NCBI GenBank assembly: GCA_964443745.1
Contig: CAYUEN010000005.1
Coordinates: 606-64,605, forward strand
Length of the DNA stretch: 64,000 nucleotides
From: an uncultured Campylobacterales bacterium
Lineage (GTDB): Bacteria > Campylobacterota > Campylobacteria > Campylobacterales > QNZT01
Direction of reading: 5' to 3'
The notes beneath the pieces are model-generated. The model was not told the DNA's origin. It ran no database searches and worked only from the letters and a program-made list of their open reading frames with translations. This document shows, piece by piece, positions 36,788 through 46,336 of this stretch (positions are counted from its first letter, which is position 1; every line of letters starts with the position of its first letter). The translations under genes were made by a program, and so were the position numbers.

Positions 36788-38130
36788 CACCCCTCCTGAT
36801 CGAAGAGGAGATCGAAAGCGGATTTTCTCTCGATTTCACGCAAAGAGATACTGAAATTGTTGATACGTTTGCCGACTATGGAAGAGGCGAACCTGGGAAG
36901 GACATTCAACAGACAAAAGCTGATGATACCCCTCTCCCTGTCAATGAAGATCGTATCGAATTCACGCACGATCTTTTTGAGATTGTACTCCTTGATATCG
37001 ATTTCGGCATCGTAACGGTATCGCAGAAGTGAAAAGAAGATCTGTCTTCGCATCAGGTCCTGGATCCTTCTCTCGAACGCCTCTTCGTCGTCGTAGAGGA
37101 GTTTCTCTTCGTTTTCCAGATCCAGTATTCTTTGGGAGTAGAAATTGGTATGGAGATTCTTTTCCATGGAAAGAATGTAATCTTCAAGCAAAAAATCGAG
37201 TTTGAGGACCTTGTCCACGCCACGCATATGCTCCTGGAGCAAATCTTTCTGGCGAATGTAGCTCTTCGAACTGATATAGAAGAACTTCAGATGCAGATGG
37301 CGGGTTTTGATATAGTCCAAAATTTCGTTTTTGAGAGAATCGTCCTCTCTGTTGTAGATGAGAATATCCATCTCTTCGAGCATCTGCATATCGCCCTCTT
37401 CGATTTGTTCCAGAGTGTAAAATTCGATATCGTCGACATCTCTGAAAAGATAGTAATTCAACTTTTTGACATCTTCGTTGTCACTGACCAGCATCATCTG
37501 GATCGGTTTTAGCTTGTGCGACTCTTTTGAAAGAAGGGAGAGTTCGACCAGCGTTTCATCCGAGATTTCCTGGATCGTATGGGGGGATTGAAGCGTTTCG
37601 GCCTGTGTCATATTGCTATCCTTTCTGGTTTCGAATAGGGAGTTTAATGTCAAAGTCTGGGAAAACTTTTGTAACTCCTTCTGTAGAATCCGTACGGAAT
37701 CTCCATAGCTTCCGTAGATGAAAATCACTTTTTTTCGGTATCGCTCGAGCAATATCGCGATCTCATCGAAAAAACGCCTTATCTCTTCTGGATCGTCGCA
37801 ATCGAGGTAGTAGTCGATTCTGTCGAAATAGAGAAAAGTCCCCTCGAAACTGCGCAATATCTCTTCGAGCGCCGGTATGATCTTCGATCTTGAATCCTTG
37901 AAAGAGCGTTTGAGAAAAAAGAAGCGTATCTTTTCAACAAGCGGAGCGAAATGGGGCAACGTCATCTTCAGATGCACCAATTCACTCTTTACGAGCAGGT
38001 AGTTTTGTGACGAGAGAAACAGGATCTCTTCCCTGGGCTCTTTCAGCAACAGGAGAGCAAGCAGAGAGAGACTGCATCGATCCTGACAATTGAGGGATAG
38101 TATGCTCTTGTCCGTATCTATCGACTGCAC
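36787..38130 (-). CDS. hypothetical 447-aa cytoplasmic protein (no confidently recognised domain)
   Basis: GTG start about 8 nt after AGAGGA. Acidic, protein-like composition. The central segment loosely resembles a receiver fold (IQMMLVSDNEDVKKL...MDILIYN...), which is speculative. Confidence 0.7.
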   Translation of the reverse strand: MQSIDTDKSILSLNCQDRCSLSLLALLLLKEPREEILFLSSQNYLLVKSELVHLKMTLPHFAPLVEKIRFFFLKRSFKDSRSKIIPALEEILRSFEGTFLYFDRIDYYLDCDDPEEIRRFFDEIAILLERYRKKVIFIYGSYGDSVRILQKELQKFSQTLTLNSLFETRKDSNMTQAETLQSPHTIQEISDETLVELSLLSKESHKLKPIQMMLVSDNEDVKKLNYYLFRDVDDIEFYTLEQIEEGDMQMLEEMDILIYNREDDSLKNEILDYIKTRHLHLKFFYISSKSYIRQKDLLQEHMRGVDKVLKLDFLLEDYILSMEKNLHTNFYSQRILDLENEEKLLYDDEEAFERRIQDLMRRQIFFSLLRYRYDAEIDIKEYNLKKIVREFDTIFIDRERGIISFCLLNVLPRFASSIVGKRINNFSISLREIERKSAFDLLFDQEG

Positions 38131-38218
38131 GATGAATCCTCTGTTTTTCTCTATGGTGTTAGATCGGCCAAAAGGCTAGATAGTTTAACGAAATGGGGAA
38201 AAAATATAAGTGTTGATC

Positions 38219-38983
38219 TCAATCTCTGTAAAGGGTGAAAATTTTACTGTTTTCATCGTCGATACGAAGAAGGTTGATGAAATCACGCTTGTAGATTCCG
38301 CTGTCCAAGCCGATTTTGTCACTTTTGACAAAAGGGGTCGCAAAAGGAGTATGGCCGAAGATCACCGTATACTCAAGCGCCTTGTCGCTGAAGAGAAATT
38401 TGTCACGAATCCAGTAGATGTGCTCTTCTCTCTCCTGGATTTTCATCTCCGAAATATCGGGATCTATTCCCGCATGGACGAAGAGATATCTATTCTTCTG
38501 GTCCAGATAGTAGGGAAGAAGCGATTTCAGAAATGCTTCAAATTCCAGATAGAAATCGGGTTCTCGTTGAAAAATATAGGTGAGCGTTTCGACACTCTGC
38601 CTGAAGAAGAGGTATTTTTGATAGGGGGTTTTGTCTTTGTGGAGGTAGTAGTCCTCATAAAAGCGCTCATGGTTTCCTTTCAGGAAAAGCATACGTTTTC
38701 CCTCCTGATCGGCCCACTTCTTCAACTTGATCAGGGAGCTGATCACTCGATAGGAGCCCGCATCGGCGAAACTCTTGCCAAACACTCTCCCCGGCTCCCC
38801 TCTATCCATATAATCACCAAGGAAGATGACCGTTCGCGCTTTTTCACTCTTTTTGACGACCTCTTCGACCTTTCGATAAAGACTCCAGTTCCCATGAAGA
38901 TCGGGAACGACGAGATATTTGCACCGCTTTTGCCTCTCATCCTTGGATGTGAAGAGTTTCGTAGGCAAAAAACGGATCTTCAT
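38219..38983 (-). CDS. PPP-family metallophosphoesterase (PrpA/PrpE/ApaH-like Ser/Thr or diadenosine-polyphosphate phosphatase)
   Basis: Motifs in order: VVPDLHGN, FLGDYMDRG, LKGNHE, FVHAG, IFGHTP. Confidence 0.85.
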   Translation of the reverse strand: MKIRFLPTKLFTSKDERQKRCKYLVVPDLHGNWSLYRKVEEVVKKSEKARTVIFLGDYMDRGEPGRVFGKSFADAGSYRVISSLIKLKKWADQEGKRMLFLKGNHERFYEDYYLHKDKTPYQKYLFFRQSVETLTYIFQREPDFYLEFEAFLKSLLPYYLDQKNRYLFVHAGIDPDISEMKIQEREEHIYWIRDKFLFSDKALEYTVIFGHTPFATPFVKSDKIGLDSGIYKRDFINLLRIDDENSKIFTLYRD

Positions 38984-39840
38984 CGGAGATTTTTACAGAT
39001 TATGTCACCCACTTCCAAACCGAGTGATTTGGCGACGACGTTGCATTTGACCTTCAACAGAAAGAAGATTCTACGATCTTCACTCTCGTTCAGGCACTCG
39101 TAGTTTCCCATTCCTTTGGAGAGGATCAAGTCCGCTTCCCGATAGAGTTCTTTCGCCTCTTTGGACATCTGAGATCGTACCAGACCTGGTGTCGAGACCC
39201 CACTGTCCACAACGGTGGCGTAGGTATGAATAGGATCGTTTCGCACATCTTGGTAAGTGATATCGTTGATGATAGGACGGTGTCTGACAAAATAGAAAAA
39301 TTCAAGATGGGGAAAAAGTCGACGGAGTGTCTTGATATAGAGCATGTCAAACACGTTTTCACCCGCATTGTCAGCGAGATAGACGACTTTTTGCGATACA
39401 TCGAGCCTGGATGCCAACAATCTCGTATCGTCCACAGCAAACCGAGTATGGAGAATCTTTTCTATTTCGTCGGAGAGATCGAATCGTATTTCCGAAGCCA
39501 GATCGATCACGTTTCCCACAACCGCAATCTTCGTCGCAGTCTCCAGAAGATTCTCCGCGTTTTTAAGATAACGCTCACACAGAGGTAGCAGACTTTTTGC
39601 ATGTGCGATCGACCGCTCTTTGACCTCTTTGTAGAGATCCTCTTTGTGTAGAAGCTCGGAGATACGGTGGTACATCGGTGTCGCGTTTTCGGGAGGCGTT
39701 TTGTGCATATCGAACGAAGGTAGGATTTTGGCACTCTCGTCCAAAACCTTTTTGCTAAGTTCCAAAGAGAGGGAGAGCTCTTTGGTGACACGCAACGCCT
39801 GATTGAAGATACAGGCGATGCAGTCGGGTTCGATATTCAT
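38980..39840 (-). CDS. DUF89 / ARMT1-like damage-control phosphatase family protein
   Basis: N-terminal C..C (EPDCIACIF), YLADNAGENVFDML and SKGMGNYECL. Starts directly after the DAHP synthase stop (TAAATG), and its stop overlaps the next start (ATGA). Confidence 0.8.
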   Translation of the reverse strand: MNIEPDCIACIFNQALRVTKELSLSLELSKKVLDESAKILPSFDMHKTPPENATPMYHRISELLHKEDLYKEVKERSIAHAKSLLPLCERYLKNAENLLETATKIAVVGNVIDLASEIRFDLSDEIEKILHTRFAVDDTRLLASRLDVSQKVVYLADNAGENVFDMLYIKTLRRLFPHLEFFYFVRHRPIINDITYQDVRNDPIHTYATVVDSGVSTPGLVRSQMSKEAKELYREADLILSKGMGNYECLNESEDRRIFFLLKVKCNVVAKSLGLEVGDIICKNLR

Positions 39841-41190
39841 TTACTTCGTGCCGGCAGCTTTGAGTGTATCGGCGATCAGAAAGGCGAGCTCTATCGCCTG
39901 ATGGGCATTGAGCCTCGGATCGCAATGGGTATGATATCTGGAAGCGAGCGTCTCTTCGGTGATTTTCTGTCCTCCGCCGATACACTCGGTGACATCCTTG
40001 CCCGTCATCTCCAGGTGAATACCACCTGCATGCGTACCCTCCGCTTTGTGGATTTCGAAAAAGTTTTTGACCTCTTGTAGAACTTTTTCGAAATCTCTCG
40101 TTTTGTAACTGTTGGATGCCTTGATCGTGTTGCCATGCATGGGATCGCAGCTCCATAGTACTTTCTTCCCTTCCGATTTGACCGCTCTGAGAAGTTTCGG
40201 GAAATGCTCTTTGACGTTTTCGGCTCCCATACGTACGATGACATTGAGTTTTCCCGCTTCGTTTTCGGGATTGAGCCTCTCTATCAGTCTAAGCAAATCC
40301 TCCACATCCATCGTCGGTCCCGCTTTGACACCGACGGGGTTTTTGACTCCCCTGAGAAATTCGACATGAGCGCCATCGACCTGTCGGGTCCGGTCGCCAA
40401 TCCAGAGCATATGTGCCGAACAGTCGTACCACTCTCCGGTCAGGCTGTCCTGTCGTGTGAGCGCCTCTTCATAATTGAGCAGCAAGGCTTCATGGGAGGT
40501 GTAAAGAACGGTCTGCTTCAAATTGGGCATATTCTCCGAATTGACCCCACACGCCTCCATAAAGTCGAGTGCCTGTGCGATCTTGTCCGCAAGCTCCTGA
40601 TATCTGCGGTTGGATGGTCCTTTCGCGAAGTCGAGGTTCCACTGATGGACTTTGTGCAGATCCGCAAATCCCCCTCTGGCGAAGGCACGGATGAGATTCT
40701 GCGTAGCGGCGGATTGGTGATAGGCACGGATCATACGTTCCGGATCTGGACGCCTCGCCTCTTCGGAAAATTCGATGGAGTTGATAATGTCTCCCCGATA
40801 ACTCGGCAGCGTGACACCGTCGATCGTCTCCGTATCGCTCGATCTGGGTTTGGCGAACTGGCCGGCGATTCTGCCCACTTTGACGACGGGTTTTCCGCCG
40901 GCGAAGGTAAGAATCACCGACATCTGAAGCATCACCTTGAAAAAATCTTTGATATTGTCCGCGTTGAATTCGGCGAAACTCTCCGCACAGTCACCCCCCT
41001 GCAAGAGAAAAGCTTTTCCCTCCGTGACATCGGCGAGCTGTTTTTTCAAACTTCTGACCTCTTCCGCGAAAACGAGCGGAGGAAATTTACTCAATCTCTT
41101 CTCCACCTCTTTCAACAACTGCTGATCTTCATAGACAGGTTGTTGTTTGATCGGTTTCGTTCGCCAGCTCTGTGGACTCCAGTTTTGCAT
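39841..41190 (-). CDS. 3-deoxy-7-phosphoheptulonate (DAHP) synthase, class II
   Basis: About 449 aa from [22 protein letters not shown].... [22 protein letters not shown] and KLTHGNT-like CDPMHGNT. Confidence 0.9.
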   Translation of the reverse strand: MQNWSPQSWRTKPIKQQPVYEDQQLLKEVEKRLSKFPPLVFAEEVRSLKKQLADVTEGKAFLLQGGDCAESFAEFNADNIKDFFKVMLQMSVILTFAGGKPVVKVGRIAGQFAKPRSSDTETIDGVTLPSYRGDIINSIEFSEEARRPDPERMIRAYHQSAATQNLIRAFARGGFADLHKVHQWNLDFAKGPSNRRYQELADKIAQALDFMEACGVNSENMPNLKQTVLYTSHEALLLNYEEALTRQDSLTGEWYDCSAHMLWIGDRTRQVDGAHVEFLRGVKNPVGVKAGPTMDVEDLLRLIERLNPENEAGKLNVIVRMGAENVKEHFPKLLRAVKSEGKKVLWSCDPMHGNTIKASNSYKTRDFEKVLQEVKNFFEIHKAEGTHAGGIHLEMTGKDVTECIGGGQKITEETLASRYHTHCDPRLNAHQAIELAFLIADTLKAAGTK

Positions 41191-41261
41191 ATTCATAACC
41201 TTCTGAAAAATAAATGGTGATATTATAGTGTGTATTGGTTTTAAAATCAAATAATAAGTGG

Positions 41262-41267
41262 TATAAT
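41262..41267 (+). promoter_or_regulatory. candidate extended -10 (TGgTATAAT) for the 41303 gene
   Basis: AAGTGGTATAATAAA lies about 35 nt upstream of ATG 41303. Confidence 0.4.
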
Positions 41268-41302
41268 AAATTTGAAACAAACGGAAAGAAGGATAAAACG
41301 GA

Positions 41303-41746
41303 ATGATGGATATCGTATCTGTACTGCTGGTAGGTTCGATTGTAAGCTACCTCATGTACAAAAACATCAACACGATCACGGAAAAACTGGATGAGAATAG
41401 CGAAGGCGGCTACGAGCGTTTCGCGGCTTTCGCCGCCCTCGTCATCGATGAGATTCGACAACTGAAACGGGATTTGGACGACGAGATCAAAAAGGAGCAT
41501 CCGATCTACCGAAAAAAAGAGGGCATGGATACAAGGGACATCGTCAAAAAGCTCGGAGATCTGATCCGTCAAACCTCTTTTTACGAAACGGTTCTTGCCA
41601 AAAGAAAACCGGCCAAGGAGGCGGAAGCCGAATTGGCGGAAATACTGCTGGATCTGGATCGTATCATACGCGAATATTGTGAATCGGGCGATGTTTTGGC
41701 CGATCGCCTTAGAGAGAAGTTGCAACACGCCTATGAGGAGCTGTAA
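41303..41746 (+). CDS. hypothetical membrane-anchored helical protein (147 aa)
   Basis: N-terminal TM ([19 protein letters not shown]) followed by a charged helical region. I recognise no family. Confidence 0.6.
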   Translation: MMDIVSVLLVGSIVSYLMYKNINTITEKLDENSEGGYERFAAFAALVIDEIRQLKRDLDDEIKKEHPIYRKKEGMDTRDIVKKLGDLIRQTSFYETVLAKRKPAKEAEAELAEILLDLDRIIREYCESGDVLADRLREKLQHAYEEL

Positions 41747-41751
41747 CCCCG

Positions 41752-42501
41752 ATGCGGAAAGTCTTCGATCCGACGACCGATATCATTGAATTTTCCACAC
41801 TGGAATCAAGATGTGTTTATCTGCCAAACGAGCGGATGAAGATGGAGTACAAATATATCAAAAATTGCGATTTCGAACTCAACAGCGACCTGGTACAACA
41901 TGGATGGCGTCGTTTCGGCCACTACTACTCGCGTCCCGCCTGCAACGGATGTACGAAATGTCTAAGTCTCAGGGTCGATGTCAATCGTATAGAGACAGGA
42001 CGGTCCGTCAGACGGCTCTATCGAAAAAACCGGGAGACGAAGATTGTCGTCAAACGCCCCAGCGTTTCGTATGCGCATCTGAAGCTCTATGAGAAATATC
42101 ATCGCCATATGCAACGCAAAAAGGGGTGGGACTACTATCCCGTCACCGCAGAATCCTATCACGATCTATATGCCAAAGGTTTCTCCACCTATGGGTTGGA
42201 AGTTCTCTATCTCCGAGATGGAAAACTCGTCGGCGTCGATTTGATCGATATGGTACGAGATGGCATTTCGTCGATCTACTTCTATTACGATCCCGACTAT
42301 GCCCACCTGGGGCTTGGGAACTATTCGATCTATAAGCAGGTCGATTTCGCACGGGAAAAAGGGTTGGCGTGGATCTATCTGGGATATTATGTGGAGGCGT
42401 GTGAAAGCCTTAACTACAAAGCCAAGTACCGTCCCCATCAGATTCTCTTTTACGAAGAGGAAGATGGCAGGGAAAAAGCGATCTGGAGGGAAGTCTCCTA
42501 A
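41752..42501 (+). CDS. bpt: arginyltransferase-family leucyl/aspartyl-glutamyl N-end-rule transferase (Bpt)
   Basis: CVYLPNERMKMEY, GWRRFGHYYSRPACNGCTKCLSLRV and SSIYFYYDPDYAHLGLGNYSI...YLGYYVEACESLNYKAKYRPHQIL. Confidence 0.85.
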   Translation: MRKVFDPTTDIIEFSTLESRCVYLPNERMKMEYKYIKNCDFELNSDLVQHGWRRFGHYYSRPACNGCTKCLSLRVDVNRIETGRSVRRLYRKNRETKIVVKRPSVSYAHLKLYEKYHRHMQRKKGWDYYPVTAESYHDLYAKGFSTYGLEVLYLRDGKLVGVDLIDMVRDGISSIYFYYDPDYAHLGLGNYSIYKQVDFAREKGLAWIYLGYYVEACESLNYKAKYRPHQILFYEEEDGREKAIWREVS

Positions 42502-42797
42502 CTCTCTATTTCTCTCTTTTTTCTAAAAATCGTCGGAATATCCAGCGAAGGGGTCTCTTCCTCGCTTTTTTCGGATATCGACGGGGGTTCGCGCTTGACG
42601 CCCCGGTTGGCGAGAATCTCCTCCGCTTCCGGGCGGCTCAACACCCCCTGCTCCACCAGAACAAACGCCACCCCCTCTCCAAACCCTTTGAGATGGGCGA
42701 TTCGGCCGCTGTCGCCCTCTTCCTCCGCCAATCGGTAGAAGTGTGAAACGATGTCGATTAGATTGTTGATAAGTTTAATTTGTGTAAAATCCTGCAT
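42498..42797 (-). CDS. hypothetical 99-aa protein
   Basis: Internal ATG 42797 (MQDFTQIKLINNLIDIV...), chosen because the longer ORF would overlap the divergent hydrolase gene. I recognise no family. Confidence 0.45.
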   Translation of the reverse strand: MQDFTQIKLINNLIDIVSHFYRLAEEEGDSGRIAHLKGFGEGVAFVLVEQGVLSRPEAEEILANRGVKREPPSISEKSEEETPSLDIPTIFRKKREIES

Positions 42798-42830
42798 CCA
42801 TATATTATAACACAAAGAGTTGAATCGCCC

Positions 42831-43565
42831 ATGGCCCAAAAAGAGATCCTTTACCAAAACAGGCCGTTTCCCGTCGCCTACGAAATGGTCCGTCCCCAAG
42901 TTTCCAAAACGCTCCTTTTCCTTCATGGATGGGGAAGCAACAAGGAGATCATGAAAGGGGCTTTCGGCGACCGTTTTTTAGACTATCGTCTTCTTTTCGT
43001 CGACATGCCGGGATTCGGGAAGAGTCCCAACGAGGAGGCGATCCTCCAAACCGACGATTACGCCGCCATCATGCAACACTTTCTGGATGCGCTTTCGATT
43101 CGCCCCGTCGCCGTTTTCGGCCACTCTTTCGGCGGCAAGGTGGCGCTGTTGATGCACCCTCCCCTGCTGGTGTTGCTCAGTTCCGCCGGTATCGTGATGC
43201 CCAAGCCTCTTCGGATCCGACTCAAGATCGCACTTTTCAAAAAACTCAAGCGTTTCGGCGGCAGTAGGCTTCGCGCCCTCTTTGCGAGCGAAGATGTCAG
43301 CGGTATGCCGCCGCATATGTACGAAACCTTCAAGCGTGTCGTGGACGAAGACTTCTTTGAGCGCTTTCGCCGATACGAAGGAAAGGCGCTTCTGTTTTGG
43401 GGAAAATCCGACACCGCCACGCCGCCGGCGGCCGGACGACAAATCGCCTCTCTCATCAAGCATGGCGAATACTTCGAAATGGAGGGGGATCACTACTTCT
43501 TTTTGCATCACTCCGCCGCGATCGAAACCCAAACCCTAAAGGCGTTAAAACATGAAACCTCTTGA
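42831..43565 (+). CDS. alpha/beta-fold hydrolase (esterase)
   Basis: LLFLHGWGSN, nucleophile elbow GHSFGG, and a late His (MEGDHYFF). Confidence 0.78.
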   Translation: MAQKEILYQNRPFPVAYEMVRPQVSKTLLFLHGWGSNKEIMKGAFGDRFLDYRLLFVDMPGFGKSPNEEAILQTDDYAAIMQHFLDALSIRPVAVFGHSFGGKVALLMHPPLLVLLSSAGIVMPKPLRIRLKIALFKKLKRFGGSRLRALFASEDVSGMPPHMYETFKRVVDEDFFERFRRYEGKALLFWGKSDTATPPAAGRQIASLIKHGEYFEMEGDHYFFLHHSAAIETQTLKALKHETS

Positions 43566-44994
43566 ACTCTTCACTCTCATTTCGCATCTTCTTCTGGTTA
43601 TGACACTAGGCTGGTATCTGATCACCAATCTGCAGTGGTACCACTACAAACTCGAACGGGTGATCTTTCGCCACAAACGGATACTCTGGCATCTGATCTA
43701 TTTTATCATACCGATCTTCGCCTACTATCTGACGGGAATCTATTTTTGGATCTACTTCTATCTCGGATTGCTTCCCGCCCTCTATCTCTGGCACCGGCGA
43801 CTCGACAAACCGCTCGTTTTCACAGCGCGCGTCAAACGTTTTCTGCTCTTTCTCTTTCTTGCCGCACTCAGCGGCGACCTGCTTTGCTACGCGAGTGAAA
43901 AGTGCCGAATCTACGGTGTATTTCTCCCGCTTTTGGTTGCATTGGGGGCCAGTTATCTTTTCGAGAAGATACTCTTTTTGGGGTACAAAAAAGAGGCGAT
44001 GAGAAAACTCGCCTCCAATCCGAATCTGAAAATTTTGGCGATCACCGCCAGTTACGGCAAAACCAGTATCAAGAATTTCGTCTATCAGATCGTCAAGGGA
44101 AGCATACCCGTATACAAGACTCCCCGTAGCGTCAACACACTGGGAGGGTTGATCAAGGATGTGAACGAATCGCTTCCCCCCGACGTCTCTCTCTATATCG
44201 CCGAAGCGGGCGCGCGAGAGCGGGGAGATATCGCGGAAATCGCCCGTTTTTTGAGACACCACTACGCCATCGTCGGTACGATCGGTCCTCAGCATATCGA
44301 ATATTTCAAGACCCTCGAAAAAATACGCGATACCAAAATGGAGATTCTGGACTCCGATCGTCTCATAAAGGCGTTCGTCCACCGTAGCGCCAACGTCAAG
44401 CCAAACGGACGCGTCGTATGTTTCGGTGACGAAATCGAAAACGTCGAAGCGACGCTGGAAGGTCTCGATTTTGATCTGACGATCGATGGAGAGCGTCACC
44501 ACTTTCACGCACCGCTGCTTGGGGCGTTCAACGCCGTGAATCTCGCCGCCGCCATCCTTTTTTCCAAAGAGATCGGTATCGATATCGAATCGATTCGGTG
44601 TGCTGTCGCCTCCCTCGAGCCGGTCGAACACCGTCTCCAGAAAATCGAAGCGGGCGGAAAAGTGATCATCGACGACAGTTTCAACGGCAATCTCGAAGGG
44701 ATGCTCGCCTCCTACGAACTCGTCGAGCGTTATGCGGGGCGCAAAGTGGTGGTCACACCGGGCGTGATCGAAAGCGACGAAGAATCCAACCGCGAACTCG
44801 CCCGTAAAATCGACGAAGTTTTCGATCTTGCGATCATCACGGGCAGACTCAACGCACGCGTACTGGCCGAAAATATCACCCGCGCCCGCAAGATCATTCT
44901 GCATCGGAAGTCGGATCTGGAAAAACTGCTTTCCACCCAGACGCAACCGGGGGATTTGATACTCTTTTCCAACGACGCTCCCACCTTTATCTGA
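43552..44994 (+). CDS. murF: UDP-N-acetylmuramoyl-tripeptide--D-alanyl-D-alanine ligase with a hydrophobic N-terminal region of about 150 aa
   Basis: Mur ligase P-loop ITASYGKTSIKN, YIAEAGARERGDI and a C-terminal domain with DDSFNGN. The N-terminus carries 4-5 predicted TM helices. Confidence 0.85.
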   Translation: MKPLELFTLISHLLLVMTLGWYLITNLQWYHYKLERVIFRHKRILWHLIYFIIPIFAYYLTGIYFWIYFYLGLLPALYLWHRRLDKPLVFTARVKRFLLFLFLAALSGDLLCYASEKCRIYGVFLPLLVALGASYLFEKILFLGYKKEAMRKLASNPNLKILAITASYGKTSIKNFVYQIVKGSIPVYKTPRSVNTLGGLIKDVNESLPPDVSLYIAEAGARERGDIAEIARFLRHHYAIVGTIGPQHIEYFKTLEKIRDTKMEILDSDRLIKAFVHRSANVKPNGRVVCFGDEIENVEATLEGLDFDLTIDGERHHFHAPLLGAFNAVNLAAAILFSKEIGIDIESIRCAVASLEPVEHRLQKIEAGGKVIIDDSFNGNLEGMLASYELVERYAGRKVVVTPGVIESDEESNRELARKIDEVFDLAIITGRLNARVLAENITRARKIILHRKSDLEKLLSTQTQPGDLILFSNDAPTFI

Positions 44995-45033
44995 AGCGAT
45001 GTCAACTATTTGTAACCTTTAGCTGATTTCCCC

Positions 45034-45039
45034 TATAAT
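45034..45039 (+). promoter_or_regulatory. candidate -10 (TATAAT) for the lipase-fadL pair
   Basis: CCCTATAATGCC lies about 30 nt upstream of GTG 45070, with SD AGGAGG between them. Confidence 0.35.
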
Positions 45040-45069
45040 GCCATAAGCATTCATTATAAGGAGGAAGAC

Positions 45070-46335
45070 GTGATCAAAGAGATGTTCAGCCATCCGATCG
45101 TAGCGATCGGTGTCGCGGCGGCATTGCTGGGAGGGTGCGGTATCGACAACACCGGAACCAATACCGTAGGGACCAATCTGTTGGAGGTGAGCACGGAGCC
45201 GATCGTCGATCTGGATGCCGACACGATGCGGGCGATTCTGGGAGACAAGGTCGGCCCGAACGATCCGGTTTTCGGCATCAAATCCTACCGTATCGTCTAC
45301 AAAACACACGACGATTCGGGCAACGAAATCAACGCATCGGGACTGCTGAGCGTTCCGGTGCCGACCGCTACCTTTTTGCAGATGAAACCAGATTTCACCA
45401 TGTCGATCGTGAGCGACCAGCACGGCACGATCTTTTCGGATGCGGAGGCGCCTACGACCTTCGCGCTCGCGACCCATCAACCCAACCAAATTTCGACGGC
45501 TTTTACCGCGATGGCGGGATTTCTCACGCTCCAGCCCGACTATATCGGTTTTGGATCTTCAAGAGGATTTCACCCCTTTTTGCTTGAAAAGAGTCTGGCC
45601 AACGCCGTTGTGGATATGATCGAAGCTTCGATCCGATTCGCCAACCAGGCGCAACTCCCCATCAACGGACAGATCTTTCTCAGCGGCTATTCGGAAGGGG
45701 GATTGGCGACGCTGGATGCGGCCAAAGCGATCGAAACCTCCCATCCGGAGCTTCATCTCAAAGGCGTCGCACCGATGGCCGGTCCTTACGATTTGAATCT
45801 CACCTTCAGCGGCGTGTTGGCTTCGATGCTCGATGATGATACGACCAACGACCAGATGCCCTATCCCGTCAACGCTTTCGGAGGAGACATCGTCAACGCT
45901 TTCGCAAAAAGCTACGACATCCCCCTCTCGCAGATCGTGAAAGCCCCTCTGGATACGCAACTGCCCACACTGTTTGACGGCACCCATTCGGATCAGGAGT
46001 TGGCGGCATCCTTGCCGGATGACAAGAACGACTTCTTCAACCGATCTTTCGTCGTCGATTTTTTCACGAATCCGAACAATCCCCTGAAAGTGGGTGCGCT
46101 GGAAAATTCGCCGCTTGATTGGCGACCGAGTGCGCCGATGAAACTCTACCACTGCAAAGGCGACCCGGTCGTACCGATCCAGATCGCGCAGATAAGTGCC
46201 TCGAAACTGGGTGTCGAAGTGATTCAGGTAGACAGCGACACGCAACCGCTAGGACATGTGGAGTGCGCCGTGCCGGCGTATACGCAGGTAGTCGGCTGGT
46301 TCGCCGCATTAAGAGAAGGAAATCAAGGAGAGTAA
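45070..46335 (+). CDS. lipoprotein alpha/beta hydrolase, secretory-lipase-like
   Basis: GTG start after AGGAGG. Lipobox AAALLGGC. Nucleophile elbow LSGYSEGG, resembling the GYSQGG of LIP-type lipases. C-terminus KGDPVVP...GH. Confidence 0.65.
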   Translation: MIKEMFSHPIVAIGVAAALLGGCGIDNTGTNTVGTNLLEVSTEPIVDLDADTMRAILGDKVGPNDPVFGIKSYRIVYKTHDDSGNEINASGLLSVPVPTATFLQMKPDFTMSIVSDQHGTIFSDAEAPTTFALATHQPNQISTAFTAMAGFLTLQPDYIGFGSSRGFHPFLLEKSLANAVVDMIEASIRFANQAQLPINGQIFLSGYSEGGLATLDAAKAIETSHPELHLKGVAPMAGPYDLNLTFSGVLASMLDDDTTNDQMPYPVNAFGGDIVNAFAKSYDIPLSQIVKAPLDTQLPTLFDGTHSDQELAASLPDDKNDFFNRSFVVDFFTNPNNPLKVGALENSPLDWRPSAPMKLYHCKGDPVVPIQIAQISASKLGVEVIQVDSDTQPLGHVECAVPAYTQVVGWFAALREGNQGE

Positions 46336-46336
46336 G

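Noticed and set aside
36527-36839. Track ORFs of 90 aa (plus strand) and 73 aa (minus strand) between glyS and the 447-aa gene
   Set aside because: Neither has an SD or a protein-like sequence. The interval is better explained by the SD-preceded 41-aa membrane ORF (36662-36787) and the 3' end of the 447-aa gene.
40204-41220. 338-aa plus-strand ORF
   Set aside because: Antisense shadow of class II DAHP synthase.
43606-44946. 446-aa minus-strand ORF
   Set aside because: Codon-aligned antisense shadow of murF. It has no SD, no recognisable domain and a skewed composition.
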